Shown piece by piece: positions 1 to 13,295 of a stretch of 64,000 bases of DNA. Location: NCBI RefSeq assembly GCF_000497125.1, contig NC_090600.1:806001-870000 (forward strand). Direction: 5' to 3'. Each line of letters begins with the position of its first letter. Within the stretch, counting starts at the first letter, position 1. The position numbers and the translations under genes are program-made. The DNA is from Spironucleus salmonicida. Taxonomy: Eukaryota. A model generated the notes under the pieces. The model was not told the DNA's origin. It was given only the letters and a program-made list of their open reading frames with translations, and made no database searches.

Positions 1-1108
1 GAGATGATGATTTTTTCTCAACATGATCTAAATTGAGGCCAGCCAGCTTATTCCACTAATCACGTTTATCATATTAATTTTATGGCAAAAACTTACCTAA
101 ATCTGATTTTTATGTTGGTGTTCTACCATATTGTTAACCTCCCATAGGTCCTTACATTAATTTTGCTATACCTGGGTTCATTTTTATAGTATTAAGCATT
201 TATGGTTCTTCAACAAATTCCATATCATTTTAACCATTTGCAATAAGTGTAGCTTGACCAGGAAGGACATCAACATCAATTTTAGTAGGACAAAGTTATT
301 TACGTTGTTAAACAGCATCTGAAGATAAAAGTCTAACGACACCCGGTCGCCTATTTTGCTAACTTAACATCATAGCTCCTATCACGTCCCTGAGATCTTG
401 CGAATAAAACTCATTTACTTTAGCATATGTTCCTCGTAAAACATTTTTCTGAAGGTCTTTCATATCTCTTCCGCTGAATGGGTGTTTCAACATACATAGT
501 TCATAAATCAAACATCCTAACGAATAAATGTCTGTTTTTTCATTATATTTTTCACATCTCCATATTTCAGGAGATAAATAATATGGTGTACCAATAGCTG
601 TTTTCGTAAGATCTTCATGAAGAACCTTAGATACACCAAAATCTGCTATTTTATAAATTGGTTGACCCTTATCAGTTTAGTTTTAAACCACTAAAATATT
701 TTATGATTTGATATCTCTATGTAGTATTTTCTTAGCATGAAGAAGCTTAAGTGCGTTTAAAGACTAAATTAGAACTGACCAAATAATATTTTCTGGCATT
801 TTTGTTTTAGATTACTAGTGTTTTTTAATTAGGCCTTCTAGATCACCAGAATCTGCAAATTCTGTTACAATGTAGAGTTTTCCATTTTCTATGAATGCAT
901 CATAGTATCCAATGATATTTGGATGATATAGAGAAGCAAGAATACGAATTTCATTGAGCTAATCCTAACGATCGCGCGTTGCCATTTTTTAAACATTAAT
1001 TTCCTTTAAAGCATAAATCTTTGAGTCAGCAGATCGTTCGACCAAAGAGACTGAACCATATGAACCTTTACCTAAGTGCTTAAGCGTTCTAAAGTCTGAT
1101 TTTGGCAT
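1..1108 (-). CDS. NEK (NIMA-related) Ser/Thr kinase, 3' end beyond the window start
   Basis: Code 6: MPKSDFRTLKHLGKGSYGSV..YALKEIN..NEIRILASLYHPNIIGYYDAF..HRDIKSQNIL..DFG..GTPYYLSPE. Confidence 0.93.
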
Positions 1109-1169
1109 TTTGCAGATTAAGGAAAGAATACCATAAATCGATTATTATATATATTAAATCACTATTGTA

Positions 1170-1685
1170 TCAAAATAATTCTAATTCCACAAAATCTTCG
1201 TCAAGAAACTGATTCGCTATTTGGTCATAAATCTCTACTATCTCTTAATCCTACTTAACCCTACTTTACTTTTTATGAGACTACTTGAACTTTCTGATTT
1301 AAAAGACCTATTTTTATATTTTAAATTCTTAGTATTTAACGAACTGATATAATTACTCTGTATTTAAACCTAGATCCGAAAAAGCTTTCATGGTATCCCC
1401 AATTATATTTTCAGGCGATTTTTATCTTAATTCTTTGATTGTTTCAGATATAGATTTTTTATAGTCGTTCAAGTTTACACAAAACTATCTTGAAAATTGG
1501 CCTATAAACCATTTGCGGACAGCATTTTTTGTAGAAGAAGCAAATTATGCAGTTAAAGAGAATATATTTTTCTTCTATTTAGGTGTTAAGGTTATTAAAA
1601 ATCTATAAAGCATGGCATCATCTGTAAATTTTTATAGGAATAGCTGCTCTGCAGCTTGATTAAGATATTATCTATAGTCGTACAT
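1170..1685 (-). CDS. hypothetical protein, 171 aa
   Basis: Code-6 ORF MYDYRQYLNQAAEQLF...DEDFVELELF*, with an acidic C-terminus. Confidence 0.7.
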
Positions 1686-1861
1686 TTAAATAAAAGTATA
1701 AATACAATTGTTATTATATCAAAATTCCCATAATATAAAAAACAATGGATACTAAATGATTTATATATAACTATATTTAATATGAAGCAATGTTTACAAT
1801 AATAATTTATTATACTTTATAATTTCAGTAGTTGCTTTCGTCGCTAAAACTTAAAATATTT

Positions 1862-2098
1862 TCACTAAAAACTATATTAATTGCTAACTAGTTTGTTGCT
1901 TACGGTTCTGGCTGATCTGAACACAATAAGTGGTAAATGTTATGGTTCTCTTATTTAAATTGTTTTGTTTACAGGTCTAGTCTAAAGTTTTTTAATCTAA
2001 GGTGAATCAAAAATTTAATTAATTTGCAGCTATTATAAAGTATCTTTAATTTCATTTTTAGATAATCCTTTGGCTGTAACAGATCTAATAACATACAT
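1862..2098 (-). CDS. small hypothetical protein, 78 aa
   Basis: MYVIRSVTAKG...; ends TAG TGA (AGTGA); TATA-like tract upstream. Confidence 0.55.
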
Positions 2099-2206
2099 TT
2101 CTGTTATCAAGTATATTATATTAAAATATTCTTAATTATTTTAATTTATAAATCTAAATTATAATACATCATATTATATATAATAAAAAATAAACTGGTG
2201 GAAAGA

Positions 2207-2371
2207 ATGAACGAGACTCCAGCCTATCTTAGCAATCTTAATTAGTTAAACAAAATGGCAAATTAACATATAAATAAGCCAATTAATGAAGAAACTACGT
2301 TTGCTCTTAAAGGTATTATTTTAGAAATGATTGAATATAAAGAAATTGAGTCAAAATAGGTTCGGAAATGA
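2207..2371 (+). CDS. small hypothetical protein, 54 aa
   Basis: MNETPAYLSNLNQLNK...KQVRK*; divergent from the previous gene across an AT-rich spacer. Confidence 0.45.
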
Positions 2372-3148
2372 ATTAATAATACTTATTGTAATTGTTTGTT
2401 TTTATTTTACATAATATTGATCAGTGTATGATATGCATTTAATTAGTATAAATTAATGCTATAGTATTTTTTAGCTATGATCGTTCGAAGTCGTAAATCA
2501 AGCTATATGTGTTGCAGTTGCAGAAATATTTATTGATATTAGAATTATGGTACTTTCCTAAATTCCTATTGTTAATAGCATAGAAGATAACTAAATATAA
2601 ATTACCTAGTATTTAGTACTTTTTTAAATTAGAAAATTAGTTACTAGAATAATTAAATTCATATAATTGATTAGAATTAATAGTATTTGGTTCAAGGCTG
2701 TTATAACTATATTAATTCCTTTATATTAATAATAATTATATAAATTTCCCAAAGATTGCTAATAAATATTTTACTTACTACACTCTAAATGATTTAATTT
2801 TGTTAATGTAGTAGAAAAATATTAATATGTATTTGAAGTTATTTTAGTATTGCTATTTACAAGATGAACTCTATAGTATCAAATTTATTCAATCTTCTTG
2901 AGTATTCCTTTTCATTTATCATTATTTTAATATTAAGTATTAAATTTGTAACATTGTAAAACTAAAGTCCAGATAATATTTATCACTATAATTAAAATTA
3001 TTTGATTGAAGTTATAGGATATGAAGTCATTGTATTGTCCTAAGTTTAGATAATATTTCACATAATATATAAGAAATATTTTAATATTTAAGTCTTATGA
3101 ATTTATTAGTTTATCAAATAAATTTGAAGACAAAGAATCAATCTATAG

Positions 3149-3646
3149 TCAAAGAATTGTTACTTGAAGATAATCTATATGTTTCCCTTCTGTTATCATT
3201 TTGTATGTTGAAATCCAATTCGTATTTTTATAAATGAACTTATCTTTAATGAGTGGCTGCAAAGCGCAAGTTCTTTTTATATTGGTTGTATTTGCTGAAT
3301 TCAAGTATTGACATAATTACAAACATGAGGTGGTAGTAAATTAGTATTCGTCAGATTTTGTTGAATGTAACTAATCTAAGAAAGAAATTTAAATTATTTT
3401 CTTTTTGTTACTTTTCTCATTTTTATGAGTAAAAGGTGATTATTTTATATAGATTTATACATACTAATACTTGAACAATAAACAGAATAACTAGATCTAT
3501 ATTTACTTATAAAGTAATTGGATTGATATATTTAGGATTAATTTTTGAGGAATAAGTGGTTGTATGAAACTTTAATAACTTTTGACATATTAACTATTGA
3601 TTAAATTATTTTGTCTGGTTAAAATGTAATAATAATAAATAAGCAT
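3149..3646 (-). CDS. hypothetical membrane protein, 165 aa
   Basis: Code-6 ORF with the hydrophobic stretch LVILFIVQVLVCINLY. Confidence 0.4.
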
Positions 3647-4587
3647 AAACTTATGATATAAATTAGAAAAATATTAAATTTCTACTCATTGCTATTTATT
3701 ACTACTACTTTATCCTTTAATTATTACTATGTAACATTTAGTATTATATTAGTAAAATACAATAAATATATTACATATTATCAAATATTATTTTTGGCAT
3801 TAGAACTAATTGCTCCATGATAAGTTTAGTTGAAATATCTAAGAATTACACAAAAAATCTCCAAGTTATGAATGTTTATGTTCGTTAAAATTTAACAGTA
3901 TCGTTTAAAAATGTTTAAAAAAGTTATATTATAAAATATCCAGTATCAGTCATCATAAATAACATTAATGATTAATAGTTTCTGTTCATATCAAGTTTTA
4001 ATGTGACTTTTTAATAGTTAGTTATACATATTTAATGAAAAGTAGTACCTTCTATTGACATATAAAATAATTAGGTTAATATTTACCTTATTAATTTCAG
4101 TATTTTACACTAAATTTAGTGATGTAATTTATATTGAGTTAATCTAATTATAATGTATGTAATTATTATAGTTAATTTACAATATATAATATTATTTCAG
4201 TAGTATAAGCTTTTGTAAATGTATCCTATTTGTAAAATTATAAGTAAGATTGTGTTTGTAAATTTAAAACATTAATGGCAAAAATTTCAAAAGATTATTA
4301 TTATATATATTATAATGCATTTATATAAACCAATTAGAAAATTGTAAAAATAATTATGTTGTAATAAATGATTTATAAATGTATAGTCTATTTTTCAGTA
4401 AGTTTCAAATACTACTTTTTGAACACTTAATATTTTATGTATTTAATATAATATTTATCTACAATTTATATTTCTTAAATATTAGTTAATTAGACGTTAT
4501 AGATCGCAAAAGACTATTAAATTATTGTTAGTTTCAATGCTAATAGATATTAATGTTATCAATATGATCGCTAAATACTAAAATATT

Positions 4588-4890
4588 TCACTAGTCGCTT
4601 TCAAATGTAAAGGTAAAGGTTTACTAGCCTTTACTATCACCATCAATATTATGCGACACTTCTTAAAGCCAATCATCATCGGATGAACTCAGATTTAGCG
4701 ATATTGTAGTCTACGTGTTTGCCTTTTTCTGTAAATTTAACTGTCGCGCCGAAAATGGTTCATTTATTGCCATATGAACAGGCGGTAAAATATTTTTTAT
4801 ATTAAGTTCATTTTTAATGTTACAAATCTACGTCAAAAGCGAATAAGCCTATCTTTTCATTGAAGAGTTCTTTTATTTGATTTTTTTCAT
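4588..4890 (-). CDS. hypothetical protein, 100 aa
   Basis: MKKIKQKNSSMKRQ...FESDQ*; ends AGTGA. Confidence 0.55.
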
Positions 4891-6413
4891 TTTTATATAA
4901 TTAGTAATATTATAATAATGTAAATATAAATAAAATGTTTCTTAGAAGCCATAAAAACGACAATAAAAACTATTTATTATAATTATTTATATAAAGTATA
5001 TAGTGTAAATGTAAATTTATAATAATTCATACGATAAGTATGTTCAACATGATTATTGAAGATGTTCTCATCTAAAAATATATATGGTATTTTAAACAAT
5101 ATAGGTGATAAATTTATTTATATTTTTATAATTTTAATATTATATAATGAATTAATATCATTATTATTTTAGAAATATTACTATTCATATAATATTATGC
5201 AGTTAATTGATATATAGCATAATTCAAGTATACTATGATTATTTTTCTATATTTTAGTAATGATTTTAGAGTTTCCTTTTAAATTTTGAATATTTTTATT
5301 TTATATAATCATGATTCAGACTATTATTTATTTTAATAATAATGGTGACTTTCTATTATTATACTATATACTCCAGATAATTTGCTAAGACAAATAATTC
5401 ATGTAGTAATTGTATCGAAAAGTAGTTAAAGAAATCAGTGATATTTTTTTACACGAAGTGATGTTATTATTATATGAATTAGTATGTGCACAAATTTTAG
5501 TTAATATAGGTTAAATAGCTGCATAATATTTTATAAATGCTTACACATATTAATAATATAATTACATAGTAGCAAATAGTGATATTTAGTTATAAGTTGT
5601 TTTTATCATCAGAAATAGTCAAAATAGGTAAACAATAGCACTAACCGTAAACCAATTTATTTAATATATATGTTTTAATTGTTTATTAAACTTAAATATA
5701 AAAAAATAATAATATTGGTGAACGTGTTTATGCTATCTTTAGTATTTATTTTTAGATTTAAAAGACTAGTCACTTTTTAATTATTAGATATTTGATCTAG
5801 AATTATTCGACATAATACCATCAATAAAATAAGAGAATTATATATAGTTAATATTATTTTACTATAAAGAGATTAATATTATATAGTATGTGTAACATAA
5901 AACATATATTTATAATGCATAGATATTATTTGATGACTATTATTTTGTTTTGCTGATAATATTGATGGATAATTTTACAATACTGAGTATAATATTATTG
6001 ATTATATATTATTAAAAACAAAATTTTTATAGTTTATCGAAATTTTATATAAAGATATAATATTCTTCATTTAAATATAATAAAAATGTCATCTCCATAT
6101 TTAACAGATTAAAAGTTAATCACTAGATAAAATAAAAATTTCATACCATCTATTTAGCCTTCAAAATATACTGTGTCTCATACATATTCTCCTTCAGCTA
6201 GGCCCGTATGTTCTTAAGATTTTTTAAAAAGAATGAAATAATACGCCCCAATTTTATAAAAACTCTCAAAATAGAAAGCAGCTACTGGTAATTAATCAGC
6301 TGATATTGTATAGCTTGAACGAGAGCAGTCAAGATTGCAGATTCTTAGACTGCTTTAATGACTGAATAATTTCACTACACCAACATTGCAGTATTGTCAA
6401 AAATAGTAACATA

Positions 6414-7700
6414 TCACTGTATAAACGACCATATATTCATACTGAAGCTTACTAGCGATACGATAGCTAGTAATCCCAGAAAAATACACCCAATTATTTT
6501 TCTTATTTTGCTATCTTATTTCAGACCTTGATCCGTAGCTATATGTGCCTCTGCAATGGCCATTTCTGTCTCTCCTTCTACATTACCAAGTTTTAAACTC
6601 TAAACATCATGCTATATCCAGCACATCCCAGGTACCAGGAAGTACAAAAACCAACCACAAAAACTAGCAAATAATCCGAAAATGGTCTGTATATCCGTCA
6701 CAAATACGGCCAAAACCGTCGTTATGAGTACTAAAACTGCTCCTAAACTACAAAATACAAGCCTATTGTCTATTGGTACTCGCATCAGCTCCATCGTGCA
6801 GTAGCGGTTAGGTTACGCCCATAGCGGGTAAGCAACCACCAAAACTCCAGCATACACGAGCGGGAGCGCATTTGTGAATGCAAGTTTGCACTGCTGGGCT
6901 GTTCCAAGATTTGAAGGGAGAGTAGCAGCACCGAAGTTTGCAGCCGAAAACCCAGAAATGAGGAACTCGGAGAACACTATCAGAGAGGAGCACAGAATGC
7001 AGATTTTCGTATTCCGGCGCTTGGGAGATAATGCATCACGGTACACAATAGGCACTGATACGGTGATGTTTACGGCGAATATGATAGTGGGGAACAGTTT
7101 CAAAATTTAGAGAAAGTATGATAACGAGAAAGTGACCGGGAAAGGTTATAATTACGACAGAATTCCGTTGCAGAGCTCTGCATTTTGAGGCTTTGCCGAT
7201 AAAACTAACATAGAAAATGTATAAAAAATGGCTATTAATATGGAAAAAGGCGATATTGCGTTGAAGGCCTTAACGGATGTCAGGAACATGGAGGGGAGGA
7301 AAAATACTGCTGCAGTGGCGACCGTAATAGCCTAGGACATGTACTAAAAGTTAATTGATGAGTAAGATTGGAACATATTAAGTATTGCATTTGATACTGA
7401 CAGAATTTGGGTCGCCAGAGTACCTAGAGGTAGAAAAATAATAATGATGTCTAAGAAAACAAGCAGAAATCTGTTCTTAAACAGGTTGCAGTTTAACTAC
7501 GAAATCGTTGTCGAGTTGGTAGCGTCAATATAGTCGATGTACGCAAACTGCAAGACGAAATTTAGAGCCAAACATGCTATGAACAATAACAATGCTGGTA
7601 CAGCTCCTAATTAATGCACTATAAAGCCAGACGAAAGCAGATTTGTGTGAGTCATTCTAGATGTTGTAGTCACAATTGACACTAAAAGTTACTTATTCAT
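6414..7700 (-). CDS. amino-acid transporter (Aa_trans/AAAP-like), 428 aa, multi-pass membrane protein
   Basis: A single code-6 ORF joins track ORFs 6813-7103 and 6612-6794; about 11 hydrophobic segments; IQTIFGLFASFCGWFLYFLVPG resembles the family C-terminus. Confidence 0.8.
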
Positions 7701-7894
7701 AATTATAAACATTATAAGCAATATAATTATATATAACTAATAATAGTTTTAAATTCAAATTCAAATAACGAAGTTTATAGAAATAACTCTATTTTGAAAC
7801 TGCTTCAACATTCTAAATCAATAAGAAATAAACTAAATGAAGTCTTAAAAATAACTACCAGCTCCTTTTTCTTAGTGACCAAACAAGACCTAAA

Positions 7895-8593
7895 TCACGA
7901 TGCTAAAACATACGGGTTTGCCTTTCGCCTCCATATAAAAAAGCTTCTCTTCCGGTAGCGCTGCCCATATAAATCTAGCAAAGCCTCCCGAACCTGCACC
8001 TTCTGCGAATGATCCAGCTTGAATTTTGCCTCTTGCGAAAAGCTCTGGCGCATCCAGTAGACTCTAACCCCCACACGTTGCGCCACCAGCGCACTATTCC
8101 GGCGTGTTAGCTCCAGTGTAACTGAGTTGCCGTCGTAAGTAAAAATTTCCTGAATCCGGTGCTCGCGCACGAACGCCTGCAGATAGTTAGTGGCGATGTT
8201 GAGGTCGAACGACATGTGGGGGCAGAAGCGCAGCCGTTCGTCCTCGATCACGTAGTAACCTAGGTCAAACTTCCGCCTAGAGGACTGAAACTACGATATG
8301 GAACGCACTTCGAGTGCGGGGTCCCAATCATCGCCGTTCCACGAGCCAGTGGTCAGCGAAAGCACCAGAACGTTGGGAATCGACAGCAAAGTGGGTGAGA
8401 AGTACAACAACTCGTCCCCAGGCTTAGCGATAAGTATCATAGACATGAAAATGGGCGAGATGGAACAGCGCGGCTCCATCCCACTTTCGGTATGGAAATG
8501 CGAATCCGGAAGATTCAACACATTAAATTGCTAGTTTCTCAGCCTATTCAATTTGATATCGAAATTGGAGAGTTTATACCCAATAAAACACAT
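7895..8593 (-). CDS. PIG-L (GlcNAc-PI de-N-acetylase)-like protein with degenerate catalytic motifs, 232 aa
   Basis: LIAKPGDELLYFSPTL..VLSLTTG resembles VIAHPDDExMFFxPT..LCLSTG; IFTYD resembles ITFD. Start codon uncertain. Confidence 0.65.
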
Positions 8594-8704
8594 AAAACTG
8601 GGGGTTCATGAGTTCCCAGTCAATAGTAATTTTTTTCAATTTATCATAAATTAAAGTAATTATATTATATAATAATATAATTATTTACCACTCCTTTCTT
8701 CCTA

Positions 8705-9145
8705 ATGACCCAATTTAATTTCTACCTGGAATTCGAAGCTGAGAATGTGACAACAATATCGCGAACCCCGCAGCACAAATACATAGCAAATGCAGACTGC
8801 ACGAAGTGCGGCCACGCGTATGCCAGCGTCCAGTTTTCTCCTGACGACACTTCCGAAATCCCAAACTCGCGCGGGACTGCAAACCTGTGCATTTCGTGCC
8901 CGTTTTGTCAGGCAAGGTCCTCGCTGAATTTCTTGAAAGAGGGAAAAGCTACCGCCTCTGGGGATCTCCTGGCGGTTATCGAAGTTCGCGGTCCCTTTCG
9001 GCCGCTCGCATTCGGGCTCACTGGATGGCGCGCTGAGAGTGCCTCTGGAGCCACTTTCGACTGCTACCAGGCGGAGCTCGCCGAGTGGGATGACGAAATA
9101 TAAGGGGACGTGGTTGTGTACGACTTGAAAGGTAGCGTCAAGTGA
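8705..9145 (+). CDS. CZIB: CXXC-motif zinc-binding protein (DUF866/C1orf123), 146 aa
   Basis: CTKC...SRGTANL..CPFC...EWDD; reads through TAA at 9101 to AAG TGA. Confidence 0.85.
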
Positions 9146-9254
9146 AATTTTGCGATAGGCGTTAAGAATCAATATTAAGCCAATTTTTTAGATACTTGAT
9201 AGTAAAAATATTTTAATTTGTATAATAATCATATTAATTTTTTCGTTCCAAATA

Positions 9255-9815
9255 ATGTTTAAATCATGCTGTGCCAAGCCGTTGCCATCTACTAAATAGG
9301 ATCCTGTAGGGTAGTAAAACGAGATTTATATAGAGGATATAGTGGCTCCTTTTGATTAGATCATAGAAGTTGATTCCATCTATAAATCTTTTTTAGTCCT
9401 TAATAATACTGGAAATAGTATTTCATCCTCATCCTCAATATTGCTTAGAAAAAGTACAGTATCAAGCTTTGATATTAGTGATATCAATATATCGGTATCG
9501 GAAGATTAGACATAAGATAATTTTTAGTTGGTTGATTAGGAGCTAATTAGCAGTTAAAATTCTAGCCCTTTAACCGTTAGGAGGCAATTTGTTGATTGCA
9601 ATGAAGTATAATAAATAGATTATGACTAAACTTAAAGCGAGGTTACTTTTCCGTAGCAAATAACAATTTCATTGGTCCAGGCTGAGAGAATAATAAAGAG
9701 AACTCAAAATACACGGCCGGACAAACTGACAATTGATATTAATAATTTTGATTACAAGAGTATTAGATCACTATAACCTGTTTCACAGCGCCCAAAAACT
9801 CCAGTTAGAATGTGA
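9255..9815 (+). CDS. hypothetical protein, 186 aa, with N-terminal Cys-Cys (possible palmitoylation)
   Basis: MFKSCCAKP...RPKTPVRM*; continuous code-6 ORF. Confidence 0.7.
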
Positions 9816-9914
9816 GAAACACTCCAGAATTTTGTCATGGTCCGAATTTTATCATCAAACAAAATATCAGTGATTTATAATGTATCTAACGCTTACATCA
9901 TTAAAAACCATTCC

Positions 9915-11174
9915 TCACTCCATACCGCTCTATTTATCTTTTTCTACTGCCTATCTCTCAAACTCGACTAGCCCTTCAATAAACCCCGGCTCTTGGTAGC
10001 TGAAGATCTCGTTAAATTTATCCGACTTAATTTCCACCTCACCGTTAATATCACATGCAACTTTTACGTTATTCTACCTACCACTATGGCCAAGATACTC
10101 ATAAACACGGATGATGAAGTTCTGGCTCAGTATTTAAACGTGCGATTTGCTCTAAATTTACAAACTGATCTCAAACGCTGCAGGAAGTCTTGTGACGTTC
10201 TGCTCTATCACCACGACGTTGGAGTAGTCTTTCCCACCCGAACTAAGCCGTATTTCGACTGTATTTTAGGCCATAAAGTCGATTTTCAGCGTTCCTGACG
10301 CAACCATTCCAGAGTACAGAAGCGCGCCGTGCGCGAAGCATTCATCAGCATTAAGCCGTTTTTTGACATTAAAATTGCCCTTTTAAAGGTAATTTTGTAT
10401 CAAAATATCGCGAGAACCGCCCCCAACGCACTCAACGAGTACGTTTTCGCACTACAATTCCGCAAAAAGCTGATTTACAAGCCCGCTCCCAGCGTTCAAG
10501 TACGTGGCCTAATCCACGACGCAGTCCCTTTCCACGGCGTTCAGAACGCCGCGCGAGTTGACGCAGAGCATTTTTCGAGTTTTCTTGATTTCGAAGATGT
10601 TCTTATCGCTCCGAATTTGCGAAATTTCAGCCAAAATTTGGTCGAAATTCTTCGCTGAAATCGCTGAAATTCGGTGCTTTAGCACTGAAATTGCGCCATT
10701 TTGCATCTCAAAAACCGTATTCGACGAGAACGTCTCGCTGACGTTCAGGATTTGGGCTTTTAGAGGCGTTTTGAGCTGCCCAAAATACGTGAAATAGAAC
10801 GCAGAAAGCGCTGCCGCAGACGCCGGAATCAGCTAAACGAAGTTGTACAGAGGTGTCAGAGACGACTTGTAGAGCAGTTTCAATTTTATGGTCGCGTAGT
10901 CGGGAACGGTGCAAATTACGGATTGGTCGAGTTTCAGCTGCTTTTTGAGGTAGCAATGAAATGCGTAAATATTGTTGAAATCCGGCGGCGTTTGGGCCGT
11001 AAAGAGAAAATCGGTAGAGGATTTCGAAGATTGAAATGCAAAATTCCTGCTTTCTGCGAACCGGATGCTGGTGGGGATGAGTCGTTGGCCTGTTTAATCG
11101 GCTATTGGCTCGGTTGACTGCGTCGTTCTTCTGTGCACTTTCGTGAAATAGTTCCCAAGATCTACGGAGTACAT
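9915..11174 (-). CDS. highly divergent, truncated Hsp70/Hsp110-family protein, 419 aa
   Basis: MYSVDLGNYFTKV..GQRLIPTSIRF..CTVPDY..VECVGGGSR..LNADECFAHGA. Confidence 0.8.
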
Positions 11175-12340
11175 TAAAGGAGCGGAAATTTATTTTGTAA
11201 TTTAACATATAATAATAAGTTAATTTTTCCGCAAAATGAACACCGAAAGGCTGTCTTTGACAAAACTGCATGCCACACCTTCCATGCAGACGTACAACCG
11301 CCAGCTAGCGTCCTCAGATGCTTCAATGCCGTTCAACGCGATCGGCACATAGCTGGTACCACAAGTTGGGACGATAGTGACGACGAGGTCCGGAAAAGTC
11401 GCATTTTCGGCTATGTAGGACAATGCAGATATCCCAGCGTGCCTAGTACAAAAAGTGAGGTCGCTGTACGCCGAAAAGCCGGTGACTGTGCGCCCGCAGA
11501 AAGTAGAGATCTCGGGCAACGCAATGCGCGGTCTGGTGGGCAGAAAGTGCTGCGAGGACACGGACTGCAGAAACTGGGAGCGCAAGGTGTGAGGTATTGG
11601 TTTTGCACGATTTGTGTTCTGGCAGCCTCGCGCGGGAATGTGAGTTCGCGAAATGGAGGAACTCTGGGCCGAATTCCGCCAGCCTGTGCGTTGTGGGGCC
11701 ATTTTGGATCCATTTAAAGCAATTTGGCCGAAGAGACGAACGGGTGAGAATAAGGTGCGGCAGCAGTTTTCAGGAGACTCCCGGGCTCCCATCCGAGCGT
11801 AATCGCAAGCGAATAAAGTAATAGTGCAAATATACAGTATAATACATAGTTCCGCTTCAACAATGCCCGCGCAGATGGCACAGCGGCGCACTGGCCTGGA
11901 GATGATGTGTGATGGGACGACCGGGAGGGTTTCTGGACATGATGGGTGATGCGAGTAGACAGCCGGTATCTCAGAACGGGATGGGCGGCGGAGTCACAAA
12001 AAGAGATCGCATATGCACGACGTGGGGCTCTGCCAGGGTGCGTGGAAAATATCCGCGAGGCCATGGCTGGTGGGCGGAGCCTCAGGGCTGGAAGGTCGCG
12101 TTAATGGGCACATTTCTGCCGCAATTACCGCAGGCCGAACGCGCAAACGCACAACATGGTGGGTAGCGTTAAATGATTGGTCCCCTCTGGCGACGGCCTG
12201 CTGCAAAAAGATTAAAATGCTGCTAGCCTACCTGCTGCTCCCTTCGCCAGCACGCATCTCGCCCACGCCAACCCCCACGGCACGCAGGGTGCCGCAGATT
12301 CCCCTTCCCGTCCGCTCCACGAACCCCACGAACCCCACCA

Positions 12341-12784
12341 ATGACCGCCCAGCTCTCCCGCCTCCGCAAAGAGCTCGTCGAGTTCCAGCAGTTCCCCGCC
12401 TTCGCCGGCGGCCCGGGCGACGACCTGCGGCACTGGAAGGTGGCCTTCCAGGGGCCCGCGCAGACGCCGTTCGAGGGCGGCACCTTCCACCTCGCCGTGG
12501 CGTTCCCGCTCGAGTACCCGTTCAAGCCCCCGCAGGTGCGGTTCACGAGCCGGGTGTTCCACCCGAACGTGAGCAGCGCGGGCGACATCTGCCTGGACGT
12601 GCTGAAGGCGGAGTGGAGCCCGGTGCTGAGCATCTGCCGCGTGCTGATCAGCATCCAGAGCCTGCTGGACGACCCGAACGCGATGAGCCCGCTCAACGGC
12701 GACGCGGCGCGGCTGTTCCGCGAGAACCGCGCGCAGTACGAGCGGCAGGTGCGGAAGTACGTGCGGGCCTACGCGAGTGAGTGA
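12341..12784 (+). CDS. ubiquitin-conjugating enzyme E2 (Ubc4/5-like), 147 aa
   Basis: PFEGGTF..YPFKPP..FHPNVSSAGDICLDVL..WSP; active-site Cys84. Confidence 0.95.
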   Translation: MTAQLSRLRKELVEFQQFPAFAGGPGDDLRHWKVAFQGPAQTPFEGGTFHLAVAFPLEYPFKPPQVRFTSRVFHPNVSSAGDICLDVLKAEWSPVLSICRVLISIQSLLDDPNAMSPLNGDAARLFRENRAQYERQVRKYVRAYASE

Positions 12785-12794
12785 AGCCTCTACA

Positions 12795-12876
12795 GACTGG
12801 GTGGCCGAGCGGTTAAGGCGATAGCCTGCTAAGCTATTATACTCTGTATGCGTGGGTTCAATTCCCATCTCAGTCG
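12795..12876 (+). tRNA. tRNA-Ser(GCT)
   Basis: Acceptor stem GACTGGG/CTCAGTC, D arm TGGCCGAGCGGTTAAGGC, anticodon arm ATAGC-CTGCTAA-GCTAT, long variable arm, GGTTCAATTCC. Confidence 0.95.
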
Positions 12877-13295
12877 ATTTGCGGGAGCAGAATGGCCGTC
12901 GGAGGCGAGGATCGGCAGCGCAGGTGCGCGATCCTGGCAGCGGCTGGGAAGGCATGCGCAGTCCGCATATATCTGCGGCAGCCTGCGCAGGGCGAGAGGG
13001 ACGTCCCGTGCAGTTTCGCGTGTGGCCGTAAGCTGCAACGGGACGTCGCGAGGCAGCGTCTGCGTACTCAGCCCAGCGGAGTGCGTTATCCCGGCTGCCG
13101 CGCCTTGGGCCTATCGAACGTACTTGGTCGGCATCAATAATGTGCCGAAGTCTCCCGCGCCAGGCCGGGAGGCTGCTAGGAGAGGTGCGCCCGCCCGCAG
13201 CCATTGCGCTGTCTGGTGGGTATTCACTGCTGCCCGGCGGAGGAGGCCACTCTTGCACACTCGGCACGCCGGAGCGGAAACTGAAAATGAAAGGA

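Noticed and set aside
5311-6303. Long AT-rich plus-strand frame with one internal TGA (selenoprotein?)
   Set aside because: With a single stop codon such frames arise by chance; no redox motif, homology or SECIS seen.
11909-12340. In-frame upstream extension of E2 under code 6
   Set aside because: Low-quality Arg/Pro-rich translation; a C-rich promoter-like tract directly precedes the canonical ATG at 12341.
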